This document shows positions 28,801 through 37,833 of a stretch of 64,000 nt of DNA, piece by piece. The stretch lies in NCBI RefSeq assembly GCF_964355755.1, contig NC_092678.1, forward strand, positions 4,170,422-4,234,421, given 5' to 3'. How positions within the stretch are numbered: position 1 is the first letter of the stretch; the number at the start of each line of letters is the position of its first letter. Made by a program: the position numbers and the translations under genes. The stretch is from Antedon mediterranea. Its lineage: Eukaryota; Animalia; Echinodermata. A model generated the notes under the pieces. It was given only the letters and a program-made list of their open reading frames with translations. It was not told the DNA's origin and did no database searches.

Positions 28801-31800
28801 TCTTATATGTTCTAGTGCAGTATATGGAGAGCCATCTCGATAGTGCTTTGCACTCATGGCAATCCTCAGGGTGCTGCACCGCTGTGTTGTCATGTATGTT
28901 TGCCTGAAAATTAAATAAAATAAAATAAAAAAAATTTGTTCCATCTGTTTGGATGCTGCCGTTTCTGCTCGTATTTTGGATATTGCTGTGTCTAATGTTA
29001 GATTTTCTGTACGCAGTAGGCGTTGTTTAAGGCTTGGCTTATTGATTCCTATTACGATCCTATCAAGAATGAGGCTATCTTTCAAGGTACCAAACTCGCA
29101 TGTCTCTGCTAGGCTTTTCAGCGAGGTAACAAAGGAATCAAATTTCTCACCTTCTTTTTGAATCCTGCAGTTAAAAATATATCGTTCATACGTGATATTG
29201 CGCTTCCCATCACAGAATTTCTTGAACTGTGCTAAGACTGGGCCGATCTTTGTTGTGTCCGTTTCGGCGTCCCACGTAAACGTGTTGTATGTTTCCAGGG
29301 CACGCTGTCCGATTACCGACAGGAGTGTGGCGACTCGTGTTGCCTCGGGCTTCGCGTTGACGCCTGTCGCTGTTTCGAAATTATCAAATCTTTGCGCAAA
29401 TCGACGCCAGCTTTCAGCCATGTTGCCTGAATCCATATCTAGAGGCATTGGTGCGGGTATCGTGAACGTCGCCATCGTCGTCGCCAATGTAATATTGAGT
29501 AATATGAATGAAATATAAGACACGATTCGATGATGGTTACTACTTCTTTTGCTTTATTACTAACAACTAACTATGGTGTGCCAAACGCGACACAACTAAC
29601 TATGGTGTGCCAAACACGACACTACAATCTTGATTATACTTCAGGTATAGTATACTAATCATCAATTTTTGTCCATATTTTCTTTGATCTTCAAACAGGT
29701 ATTTTTACTTTCAAACAGCAGACATGTAATTCAAACCTCAGCAGATTTAACAGTTTTTTACACGGTAACACAGACTTGATTTAAACTCCTAAAGCCTGAA
29801 TAACTAGGACGCAACGTAAGAACGTATGCGAAACATAAGCAAATCAATGACAATTGATACCTTACGATTGGTCAAATAATTGCATCACATTTACATAGTA
29901 TGACCACACCACCTCTAACTGCAGCAATACCAAGATGTAAAATGTTAACAATAGATTAATTTCAACATACCAACTCTGCAAGCTTTGTCTGCAGGATATA
30001 TATCTTATTATCTTTCTCTTTCATCAGTTTACTATTGACACCTGCAAGTCTGTCAGATGATTCCATTACTTCCGTGTCGCCAATCGTATAAAATGTAGCC
30101 ACAGTGTCATCAACATCATAGTTACTCTGACGTAAAGCAGCAATTATATCATACTTATCCTGCCAAGTTGGCACTGACTCCTACATATAAACAAAGAACC
30201 ACTGATAAAATGTTTCTACAATTCTGTCTTATTGTGATGACACCATCATTTTAAAACATTTTGCATCAAAGCACTCAGAATCTTTAGCCAGGCTTTTAGA
30301 TACAATACCATAACTCTTCTTACCTTTATCTGTAACAGAAGAGGTTTGATAAAATCTGTATGCTGTTCCCATGATACAGGCATCTTAATCCATGCCCCAG
30401 TCGCATCATCAAAGTAGCAATGAATGTTGCGCCTCTCCTACAGTTACAACAAAAAAGATCAAAAGAGATCAGCAATAGTTTACAATCTGTTGTGGACTGC
30501 ATTGAGATTTCTGCGTCTCATTGGCACGTTAGTAAACAGACCGTATAAAATAAGCCTGATTAAGACAAGGTCCCAAATCGCTGGTTGATTAATTGTTGCT
30601 GATTTACTACTTTTAAAAGGTCATGCCAAAGAATATAATTTAAATGCCACATCATATTTTTATTGTTTAAACTATTAAACTAACCCCTCCCTCCAATTTT
30701 ACATAGGCAACTAGTAGGAAAAGTATGATTAAACATCTAAACTAGGCCACTGCTAACGATGCACCTCCAAGGCTACAGTCTGTATGTTTAAACAAAAATA
30801 TGAATGGGAACCTCAAATATGTAAGTTAAGACACGTCCCCTTGTTGGGTGTTGCATGGTACCAGCTCTATCATCCACACCGGATTCAACAGTTCTAGATG
30901 AAACCTCAATATCACTCAATGGTTGGTTATGTGAAGAAAAAGGTTTGGATTGTTGAGCAAGTGGGTCAGCAGCCAGACTGCTATCTTTGATTGGTTGTCC
31001 ATCTCGTTCAAAGTGACCCTGAGAATACCAGAAGTTTGGAATTGGCTGCCATTCCTATAACACAATTTAAAACATTTAAAGTTCAAAACTTTGAAATTTA
31101 TTTAATATCTGAGCTTCTGGTAAATTTAAGATTTAAAATACAATTCACCGCTTTTTTACTTTTTCAGGAAAGTGTTCCCTTAACAGGGGTGTTCCCTGGA
31201 TAGTAGTGTCCAAATGGAGGTGTACTGTATGTTCCCGCTACATACTGTACTATAAAAATAAAAATTACCCTTTAATTTAATTAACCACATGCTTTTCTGC
31301 CGGAATAGTCTTATTTTATCAAATAGGTCAATATTTGTATACATGTTATGATTGTTGGAAAGAGTATTTGAGATAGCAAATTATTGGTTAATCTTTGACC
31401 TCACAGTATAAACAAATCAATAACCTGAGTGTCAAACGAGTCCATGTAGAACCGATAACCACCTTGGTTGATGCAAGTGTAAGTTCTACCATTTTGGTGA
31501 TAAAATGTCTCAAATGAAATGACATCATCATCCTGAAATAAAAACAATGAAATTAATTAAAATCAACAATATAATAAATTGTTTACACCTATTTATAGCT
31601 GCAATCAAAGATAAGTTTGTATCTATTCTATAAAGTTCTGTCCTGTTTTTTATCCTTCATTACTGTTTAATACTGTATTACAGACAGTAGAAAACCCTTT
31701 TTGGTAAACCGTTAGGGGACACTTGGAACATACGAGAACAGTTTATGTTTTAATGGCCAACCCTATTCTAATTCAGAAGACACCACATTAAGTGGAAATA

Positions 31801-32489
31801 GCCTCCCTGGAAATTGTTGGATCAGTCTTCTACTGTGCTAATTAACATTTGGTATAATAATAATGATTTCTTGTATATGTACAAACCTCCATGTTCTGGA
31901 TTTCCTTGGCAAGACTGTTATTTGTTCTATAAACTGTTTTATTTACAAATTGGGGCCGAAAAGCATTCACAACTCTGTGTTGCTGTTGAGTAGATTTACC
32001 AGCTCGTTGCCATGGGTTATCATAACTGTGTTGTAATGTCTGGAGACCACTGTAAAAATTATCATCAACTGCATCATTTATTGGTGGACCACTAGACTGA
32101 CGGTCACTAAATTCTGGAAGTGTTGCTCCTTGGTACTGAGTCATCTGTGAGTTTTCATTATTAGATTTCTGACCACTTTGATCCTCAGCTTCAAGAGCTA
32201 GACTTCCACAAGCTTTTGACAAACTTTCCAGCTGGTGAGTTTTTTTTACATGATCACCTGATCTCTTAAGCATTGATAACTGTTCAGGGTCATTTTCTTT
32301 TGGTCCATTTTGCTTGGATCTAAAAACAACAGATTGTCCAATGCTTGTAGTACTTTGTCGGTCTTCAACATTTGAAATTTGTATTTCTTGAAATTGTTGG
32401 TGCCTACAAGGTTTGGAATGTTGTCGCCTTGTTGGTTCGGGTTGCATTACATCAATTACATTTGATTTTCTTGAAGAACCAGTTCCCAT
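1741..32489 (-). CDS. Kinesin-14 family (KIFC3/Ncd-like, C-terminal motor) gene, 15 coding exons, about 911 aa
   Basis: Manually spliced exons, all GT-AG and phase-compatible: 31887-32489, 31425-31532, 30812-31054, 30324-30437, 29971-30180, 24047-24118, 23091-23219, 17212-17335, 16688-16827, 12226-12399, 4743-4940, 3603-3811, 3049-3235, 2806-2901, 1741-1869 (2736 nt). Kinesin-14 neck [14 protein letters not shown]-loop GQTGAGKT, switch I SSRSH, switch II DLAGSER, and [14 protein letters not shown]. Confidence 0.92.
2806..2901 (-). CDS. Kinesin-14 exon 14
   Basis: [32 protein letters not shown]; ag/gt boundaries. Confidence 0.94.
3049..3235 (-). CDS. Kinesin-14 exon 13 (switch I/II)
   Basis: [10 protein letters not shown]...[37 protein letters not shown]. 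Confidence 0.95.
3603..3811 (-). CDS. Kinesin-14 exon 12
   Basis: [15 protein letters not shown]...[12 protein letters not shown]; its phase-2 donor joins exon 13 to give NSTSSRSH. Confidence 0.95.
3877..4308. mobile_element. MITE with about 30-bp TIRs (possibly hAT-derived)
   Basis: CAAGGCAATTTAACAACAGGACGCTGAGCTC ... GAGCTCAGCGTCCTGTTAGATTGCCTTG, flanked by a (G)GTATAAA direct repeat of 7-8 bp. Confidence 0.8.
4743..4940 (-). CDS. Kinesin-14 exon 11 (P-loop)
   Basis: [36 protein letters not shown]...; not in the ORF track, read manually. Confidence 0.95.
5503..5902 (-). repeat. 3' LTR of the Gmr1-like element
   Basis: TGTAGTG...TGACA, direct repeat of 11187-11586. Confidence 0.95.
5993..10639 (-). 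CDS. Gag-Pol polyprotein: gag (SCAN-like capsid, CCHC knuckle), aspartic protease, integrase, RT, RNase H
   Basis: [14 protein letters not shown]; LRDSGC; [36 protein letters not shown]; YIDD; [24 protein letters not shown]. Confidence 0.96.
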   Translation of the reverse strand: MTTLRSGKNIDKTMSDKDTREDMVDQEEVDQVNEIYDNMARDIDLPEIPGGMPKDMMLEYFRMKFEAEAENKKLELQYQQDQLRLEADIEQKKMDIEQRKIESQERVKMMELENRSSYSNARNIVDEMKVKVPTLKESDDIDIYFRTFEHLAEATGWDKNTWSARLAPELSGKARTAYASLTVKECVDYDTLKKAILEKYDVSAETYRFKFRNSNRVKDMSIREWLNELSHYLKCWMKCANVKEDDAAGIIEMIIMEQALNKMPEDLRLYLRDKQVNKSYDMAMIADDYIANRGGRGYWNAVNSENKPTYYKGQENSKPKNGTTQNNPGARQQGYNRYRGRGGKFHNYGRNFQQREPSNEWINGLCFNCKEKGHKIGDCPKMVAKGKTSDTKKGPNVKDGLRCEGLKSDRPQVVMDSVENKMEKCIIPGKLEGQDITMLRDSGCTQSAVKESLVPNKCYLPGKWVTLRGIGGDITVPLAEVAIESKIVTGKVIVAVIEGLQRDMLLGHDLDQNCGETMAKEMFVLTREQARIENDVRIQDEMILLGKDSNFKPIEEPPKETNVQLLKTVVNDNKVNKTKCLDDMNGTEMNNLFDENEDKAKDKTVKRKTYEQQHKLNLTKQELIKLQTNDDSLKGVFDRVVPIEEIGQHRVCFFMRQGILMRNWSSIKDKNNQVEQIVLPTQCRQGVLHLGHNVPFAGHMGVEKTKSRVLNQFYWPGIFKDVVVYCKVCKECQKVDNGKSKRKHTLIPLPIISTPFKRIAIDIVGPLSRTSRNNKYMLTIIDYATRYPDAIPLPNVRAETVARALIEVFTRVGLPEEIVHDQGTNFMSSIMQSMCSMLGINQLKTTVYHPQSNGLVERFHGTLKNMIRTLTVKQRKNWDNYIPPFLFAYREVPSKATGHSPFKLLYGREVRGPLSLLKSNWVEDEETSTDVIKYMLDIREKMEELMKDANVNKLEQQEIMSHNYNKNAIDREFVEGDKVLIFLPVGNSKLDSKWQGPFTVTKKVNDVNYEIYIGGRRKEKQILHVNMLKRWYDKVEISKDGYYVVTNVQSIEEVDLNETVHENELDSHEIDIGLSYHQSQTWRDVNVSSNLNDTQTKQLTELLKYQQNVFSDVPGRTHLVTHEIKTNGEMPIRHRAYRTPQALKGKLKEELDSMLAMGIIEPTVSAYAAPIIALKKGQNQIRMVTDFRSLNKTTQFDPYVMPRIDEMLDEVSSAIYITTLDLTKGFYQVPLDPKTKDKSAFITQFGQYCYNVLPFGMQNSSSTFQRLMDKVLQGTEGYAKAYIDDICIYSQTWKDHIFHLNNVLERLSSAGLTAKPLKCKIAYAQVEFLGHKIGNGEIRPMIDKVEAVEKFPRPLSKKQVRSFLGLTGYYRKFVQNYADIAKPLIDLTLKSKSNTVKWNEQCENAFVTLKKRLTDDNVLKAPNFDKMFILQTDASNYGIGAVLSQIDGEGNDYPIVYLSRKLSVHEQRYSVPEKECLSIVWAINKLKYYLYGCEFQVHTDHQALRWTDSMKGANVRLMRWALFLQGYKFKVIYKKGSLNGNADGLSRA
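11187..11586 (-). repeat. 5' LTR of the Gmr1-like element
   Basis: Direct repeat of 5503-5902; followed on the minus strand by the PBS. Confidence 0.95.
11587..11862. mobile_element. Short TIR element (MITE) whose left TIR was split by the LTR element
   Basis: Right TIR ATGATACACCTCTTCCGGGGCTTGTATAGTGGGTCATACAAT pairs with 5488-5502 plus 11592-11618. Confidence 0.7.
12226..12399 (-). CDS. Kinesin-14 exon 10 (neck and motor start)
   Basis: [18 protein letters not shown]...[15 protein letters not shown]. Confidence 0.94.
12560..12835 (+). mobile_element. LINE ORF1 remnant (5' part of the CR1-like element that resumes at about 15640)
   Basis: Broken frames read [23 protein letters not shown], typical of LINE ORF1. 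Confidence 0.5.
12840..15630 (-). mobile_element. Degenerate Gypsy (Mag/K02A2.6-like) LTR retrotransposon internal region
   Basis: Gag [17 protein letters not shown] and [22 protein letters not shown]; [13 protein letters not shown]; RNase [30 protein letters not shown]; many frameshifts; LTRs not identified. Confidence 0.85.
15640..16510 (+). mobile_element. CR1-like LINE ORF2 (RT) remnant
   Basis: [17 protein letters not shown]; [40 protein letters not shown]. Confidence 0.85.
16688..16827 (-). CDS. Kinesin-14 exon 9 (neck coiled coil)
   Basis: [14 protein letters not shown]...[22 protein letters not shown]|gtgag. Confidence 0.9.
17212..17335 (-). CDS. Kinesin-14 exon 8 (coiled coil)
   Basis: [41 protein letters not shown]; phase 1 matches exon 9. 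Confidence 0.85.
17466..18373. repeat. 38-bp tandem repeat, about 24 copies
   Basis: Unit CATGGCTAGTTTAAGGTAACACTACATTGATGTAAAAA. Confidence 0.96.
18860..21660 (+). mobile_element. Degenerate RTE-like LINE (APE endonuclease plus RT), interrupted by a CR1 fragment
   Basis: [23 protein letters not shown]; [10 protein letters not shown]; [11 protein letters not shown]; [15 protein letters not shown]; DFKYLGS; [10 protein letters not shown]. Confidence 0.82.
19826..20726 (+). mobile_element. 5'-truncated CR1-like LINE nested in the RTE element
   Basis: [30 protein letters not shown]...[13 protein letters not shown]; 3' tail TCAAGTAAATCAAGTAAAGTAA; short ACCTT direct repeat at both junctions. 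Confidence 0.85.
21675..22060 (+). mobile_element. LINE ORF2 fragment
   Basis: [10 protein letters not shown]; [25 protein letters not shown]. Confidence 0.65.
23091..23219 (-). CDS. Kinesin-14 exon 7 (coiled coil)
   Basis: [43 protein letters not shown]|gtaagt. Confidence 0.85.
24047..24118 (-). CDS. Kinesin-14 exon 6
   Basis: ttttag|[24 protein letters not shown]|gtatga, phase 0/0. Confidence 0.8.
24250..24723 (+). repeat. Solo-LTR-like repeat related to 40835-41080
   Basis: TG..CA bounded; shares CGAGTGTGAAGATGTTTAC(C/T)GTAGTTTGAA..GGATTTC(G/A)TAGATTTA with 40992-41055; no clear TSD. Confidence 0.5.
24853..29626 (-). mobile_element. Gypsy (Mag-like) LTR retrotransposon with short identical LTRs and disrupted ORFs
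   Basis: 139-bp LTRs at 24853-24991 and 29488-29626, identical by eye; TSD ATCTT; PBS TGGCGACGAC (tRNA-Ser-like); PPT AAAAGATGGAGGGA; gag, protease IDTGA, RT ISDD, RNase [10 protein letters not shown], integrase TDNGPPFNS; frameshifts. Confidence 0.93.
28633..28934 (+). mobile_element. tRNA-derived SINE inserted in gag of the Mag-like element
   Basis: A box TGGCTTGGTGG, B box GGTTCAAGTCC, A-rich tail; 13-bp TSD TTTGTTTCATTTG / TTTGTTCCATCTG; a second 3' fragment at 39755-39903. Confidence 0.88.
29971..30180 (-). CDS. Kinesin-14 exon 5 (UBA/CUE-like helices)
   Basis: [30 protein letters not shown]...KLAEL|gtatg. Confidence 0.85.
30324..30437 (-). CDS. Kinesin-14 exon 4
   Basis: [38 protein letters not shown]|gtaaga. 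Confidence 0.82.
30812..31054 (-). CDS. Kinesin-14 exon 3
   Basis: [13 protein letters not shown]...[13 protein letters not shown]; open frame, phase 0/0, donor GAG|gttccc is weak. Confidence 0.75.
31425..31532 (-). CDS. Kinesin-14 exon 2
   Basis: tttcag|[36 protein letters not shown]|gttatt. Confidence 0.8.
31887..32489 (-). CDS. Kinesin-14 first coding exon (MGTGSS, disordered Q/S-rich)
   Basis: 201 codons from ATG to the GAG|gtttgt donor; phase 0 joins exon 2. Confidence 0.8.
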
Positions 32490-33594
32490 TTAATCTGGAT
32501 CTAGGTAAAGTCTAGGTTACAGGTATAAATAATATGTGATCATTCTTCAATTGTTCACTAGCATAAGTAAAATATCTAAAAAATAAAAACAATAATTATT
32601 AACAACTAGAATTTGTTACTTAGACGATTTATAGGCCTAGGCAATCTTTGTGATAAAAGATAATTTTACCAGTATTGAATTTTTAAAAATCCATGCAAAT
32701 GCAACATGCACAATCATACGTTAAAATCAATCCATACGACTAATGTGCAATTTGTAAATATAATTTAATAGAAAAGTGGCCCAGCTGGGTATAGATGCTA
32801 GTTAATTCGCCACATCGCCTTATACAAAGTTGCTAAATACAAAGTCAACCCATCACAATGTGGCCCCATCGCAAAGTACTTGTAGGCATAAAAGGGGAAG
32901 CCTGGCATGTATTTTCAGGTGGCACTATACCTTTGGCTGTAATTACAGTACTTCACGTTCGCACTAATAACACGTTAGCTCACCAGAGGAGGAATCTCTC
33001 ATAATTACTCCGCAGTCTACTAAGGAGATAGCTCATCATAGTAAGGGAAAGTCACTCCAGTTTACGATGATATTGGTCATGTTTAATTTTGGTCGCTATG
33101 ATAAAGTGCAGATATTAGGATCTACATTATTTTACGGGTATTATTTGGATATTATTTATTTGGTCGATGAAAATTATTCAATAAATGTTTATATATAATT
33201 TAACAGAGGCTACGTCTGTGTCTTTTATTTTATATGCCACAAACTATGTAGAATAATTGATTAATAACCATTCATTACTATAACTATTACAATGAACGTT
33301 TGGTTAAATAAGCAAGCCCAGATAAAGCAATCCCGGCACAGACATCAATCTTTATACTCATCGTCTAATTATAATAATAGACATAATTTGTAAATTGAAA
33401 AATTTATATTGTCAACATAATTTGTAATTTTTGCTGTATGAGCGTACGTTGATACTACAGTACATGTACATGTCGGTAAACTTCTAAATATAGTTCCGGT
33501 TAAATTGCCGATTCTTAATACTTTTGCCTGGAAAGTAACTACGCATTTTGGTCCCTGGATGTAACATGATACAGCCGAGATATGAACATGTAAA

Positions 33595-33608
33595 CCGCCA
33601 TCTGCTGG
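33595..33608 (-). promoter_or_regulatory. CTCF-type motif upstream of the kinesin gene
   Basis: CCAGCAGATGGCGG on the minus strand matches the CTCF core CCASYAGRKGGCRS. Confidence 0.45.
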
Positions 33609-36600
33609 GCCGAATGTTGAACTTATTCGTACAAAAGGACACCACCAGACAAGTGCGTACAGTACTTTTGTTTAGATCGCTGGCAGTAATGCATGCAGTA
33701 AAGTGTATATAGCCCTCCGACGTACATCTCAGTCATTCAAAATGGAACCAACGAAGTACGAATGATTTTAATCAGTTGTGTGTGATTTAAACACAACAGC
33801 GAATATTACTGTAAACTTCCCCACGATCACAACAGTGCACGTGTTATGGTGCCAGGATGTAACAAGTTCAGTTTATTTTGTATATAGGCCAGTGGTCTTA
33901 AAACATAAACATTTCTTAGTGTGCCAAATAAAATTTTTTTTTGACAAATCGTATTTGGTTTTCTAGACTGAAATAATGAAACATAGTAGTATATACTTGA
34001 AATTAATGGACAGTTCAAAATAAGATGAAAGACGTCCTCTATTTCTCTTTAATTAGTTTACAAGGGGCACGTTCATCCAGGGATGCAGGATTTTGTGAAG
34101 GGGGAGCCCAACGCAACTGTAGATAGTCGGCACTAACTCAGCCTCACCGTAGATGGTGGGAAATGGCACCATAAACACACACGTAATTAAAGGATTTTGT
34201 TGCCGATGATATCATTCACTCAGTATTTTGTTGTTATTGCGTTGCATTCAAGTTCAATGCGAACGTACGAAATATTAACATATATGATGATGATACACTA
34301 TACTTCATAGCCACACATACTGTAGGTAACCACGGCGTTCCATGTTTGACATACACTTTATGCTTGCTGAGTGCCAGCGATCTAAATAATAGGTAGGCAT
34401 ATGCATTTGTCTGGCGGTGTCCTTTGTACGAATCGTTCGTGCCCCAGCTCGCTGGATGAGTACAATACATGGCGTGACGTAGTTCAAGTCGGACTTGCGC
34501 GAAGAAAATAATGTAATTTGTATACGGTTGTAAATAAACATGATTTTCATTATTATATAACATATACTATTAGTTGTATATTTAATTAAGCTAATATAAA
34601 AATAGATATTTAATTCTTCAATATCTGGCCAATATAACAACTCAATGACTGTTACATTTTTTATAAACCTCGTTTAAATACCATTTATTCGGCGATTTAG
34701 CCTGCCCCTCAAGGATTAAAAAAATTGATCAAAATTTGTCTCAATCTAGCTAGTCGAGGTTGGCCTGATTTAGTCGCCGATTTAGTTGAAGTTCGGTTTA
34801 TGAATTTTAAAATGACGTAATTTTTAAAGTTTTAGCTCGAACTACGACTAAAGTCTGGTTTAAGAATACGGGCGTTATGGTAATACTAGGCCTCTAGCTT
34901 AAACTAGAATAGTAGGTAGCCTAATATAGCCTACCTAGGGGTGCCAGGCCTACCTTCATTATTAATTACTACATACAGGTAGAGGTAGCCTATAGACAGG
35001 GCCCAGCAGCAGAGCAGAGAATGAAAAAGATCTAGGCTATAGAGAGTCCTTAATAGCTTAGGCTACTTATACTGTACTTGAGTTGTTGGTTATCAATGCT
35101 ACTATTGTTGGGTAAGAGAGGTGTCATCTCTAGGCTAACCTTTTGTTCCACATACAGTGTGAACATGTCAGCTTGGGTACTGCATGGTGTAGGTATGACA
35201 ACAGGACTCAGTCATCAGCCAATAAGCTCTGTAGCTAGCAGGATTGGATCCGTTCAAGCGCGAAGTGTAGGAAGTCACAACAAAGTGAATAATTACTTTT
35301 TACCCATGCTTTTGTTCGGTGTCTAATTGTCATAGAATGACGTTCTGACATCTGATTGGTCAGTTATAAGCTGTTCCAAGTTAGCCTCGGACTGAAATAT
35401 TGCCACTGTTTAGTGAATGAAAAAGTCAAATAAATCTCAGTTTTTAGCTCATAATATCATAATAATTTTTTTCTTTGATAATTTGAATAAACACGCACCC
35501 CGCGTTTATTGTTTATGAGGGTTTTCAAGAAAGGTGGGGGGGGGGGGGGTGGGTGGTTTCATTAATTCGAGTGTGGCATAATTATCGTGAAGTGATAAAA
35601 TACATTAAAAAAAAGTTATGGATCTTCTCAATGAATTCTACTACAAATAGAAATGTCTTGTTATTAAATATTGTGTATGTGTATGCATGTGGCAGGGCCT
35701 GATTTTTGTTTTACAACCTTTCTTTAATAATATCATCATATTTGATTCACATCAACTCGAAATTGCGTTATACGAGCATGTCAAAAGTGACATGCACATG
35801 TAAGTTAAAAAAATGGTGAAAATATACTCAATTTAAAAATTAATATAGAACCCTTATTTTGCATTTCATTTGTATTCAAGTGTATGTACCATTATGTATG
35901 ATTTATTATAAAATTGAGAGAAATTAATCTGTTCAAACGAATTACTAATTTGTTAGAACGGATTATGTTCAAAAACATATACTTAAAATGGCATTAATGG
36001 GCTTTCGTAAAATCTAGATAAAAAGTAACGTATATCTTTATTATTATGTAACAAATGTGGTTTATTATAATGCAGATGGATCTTTTGGGCCTGTTTCTGC
36101 AGCAACTGCTCAAAATACGGTATAAAAATACGGTGTTTATGTTTATATCATTAGATATTAGGCTGGACTCTTAACTATACTGAAGACGAAAACAAACGTG
36201 ACTGACTCTTCGAGTTCCAGACGATACCTGTTTATTTGTAACTCTTGCGCATGCGTACAATTAACTCACGTATTTATCCTCGTCGCCAATATAAATGTTC
36301 GCTTCGCCATTTTATTTTCTATCCTTATACTCTCTAACATAGAGAGCGCTTTATTAATCCGTATATTACAGTTACTATTGAAGGGGGGTTACTATTTGGG
36401 TGTGTGTTACTATTACAAGATTTTTGGTACTTACCATTATTATGTGATGTGAGCTTATTTGGAAGATGTACATTCTGGTGTGAACCATGATGATATCCCC
36501 ATAACATGAGTGTTACCAGGTGGGCTTACTCCATACAAGTATTTGGAAATCTAAAAAACAATATTTCACATTCATATAAATACTTTAATGTAAACTTGAA

Positions 36601-36934
36601 AGGAAAACTTGTTAAGCAGAAAGGTGTTCTTTCACAAGTACAATGCAATTGATCAGCTTGTAATATTAAAAGGGCTCAATAGCCATTTATCTTAAATTAA
36701 AATACATTTATTATATCTTTATTATTCGTGTCAATAAACTATAAATAGAAACAATACTTAACATGTGACATGGCCTATCGTGTGCGGCACTTCAATAAAC
36801 ATCCGTTTGAAAATTTGCATGAAGCTTAAAAAGCAAGCCCGATTGGCTCTCGCACAAATTTAACTAGATTCAATGCATTGTTGGATATTTTATATCTACC
36901 CTGCATATACAGCTCTTTTATTTATAACGGTTTA

Positions 36935-37833
36935 GTGATCCGTACATCTTTACAGACAGTAAACGTTGGGTTCCGAGTTTCTGGCAAACGTAATTGTGTG
37001 TATATACTGTAGTGCAAGCAAATATTTTTCTACAAGGCCCTTGTTTTTAGTCCACGAGTGACAAACGTATTCAGTCTACGACAGGCTATTGTTTATTAAG
37101 GCTATCCTAATCTGGTCACTTATCGCTATGGCCTAGTTTTGAGTTCAGTGCTTTGAAGCTATAATATGCTTGCACGACTAAATTAATACTTGGTTAAAGA
37201 ATCTTTAGCCACGCTTTTAGATAACCTTCTTACCTTTATCTGTAACAGAAAAGGTTTAATGTTCCCATGATACAGACATCTTAATCCATGCCCCAGTCGC
37301 ATTATCAAAGTAGCAATGAATGTTGTGCCTCCTAAAGTTACAACAAAAAAGATCAAAAGAGATCAGCAATAGTTTACAATCTGTTGTGGACTGCATTGAG
37401 ATTTCTGCGTCTCATTGGCACGTTAGTAAACAGACCGTATAAAATAAGCCTGATTGAGACAAGGTCTCAAATTGCCGGTGGATTAATTGTTGCTGATTTA
37501 CTACTTTTAAAAGGTCATGCCATTAAGACAAGATCCATCAATCAATCAATCCATCTCGTTCAAAGTGTCCCTAAGAATACCAGAAGTGTGGAATTGCAAT
37601 TTAAAACTTTTAAAGGTTAGTGATCACAATAACACTTTTCAATGCCCACAATTAATTGAAATTAAAATTCACCACATTTTTACTTTCTCAGGAAAGTGTT
37701 TCCTTAAACAAGGGTGTTTTCTGGATAGGAGTGTTCCAATGGATGTTTTCTGTATGTTCCAGCCTGTACTCCAAAAAAAAAAAAATTGCTAAATAATAGT
37801 CTTATTTTATCAAATATTTGTTTACATGTTATG
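36935..37833 (-). pseudogene. Decayed partial duplicate of kinesin-14 genomic sequence (intron 7 piece, exon 4, part of exon 3, flanking introns)
   Basis: 36935-37112 resembles 22493-22732; 37198-37522 resembles 30278-30628; 37550-37833 resembles 30999-31350; same orientation, with deletions. Confidence 0.8.
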
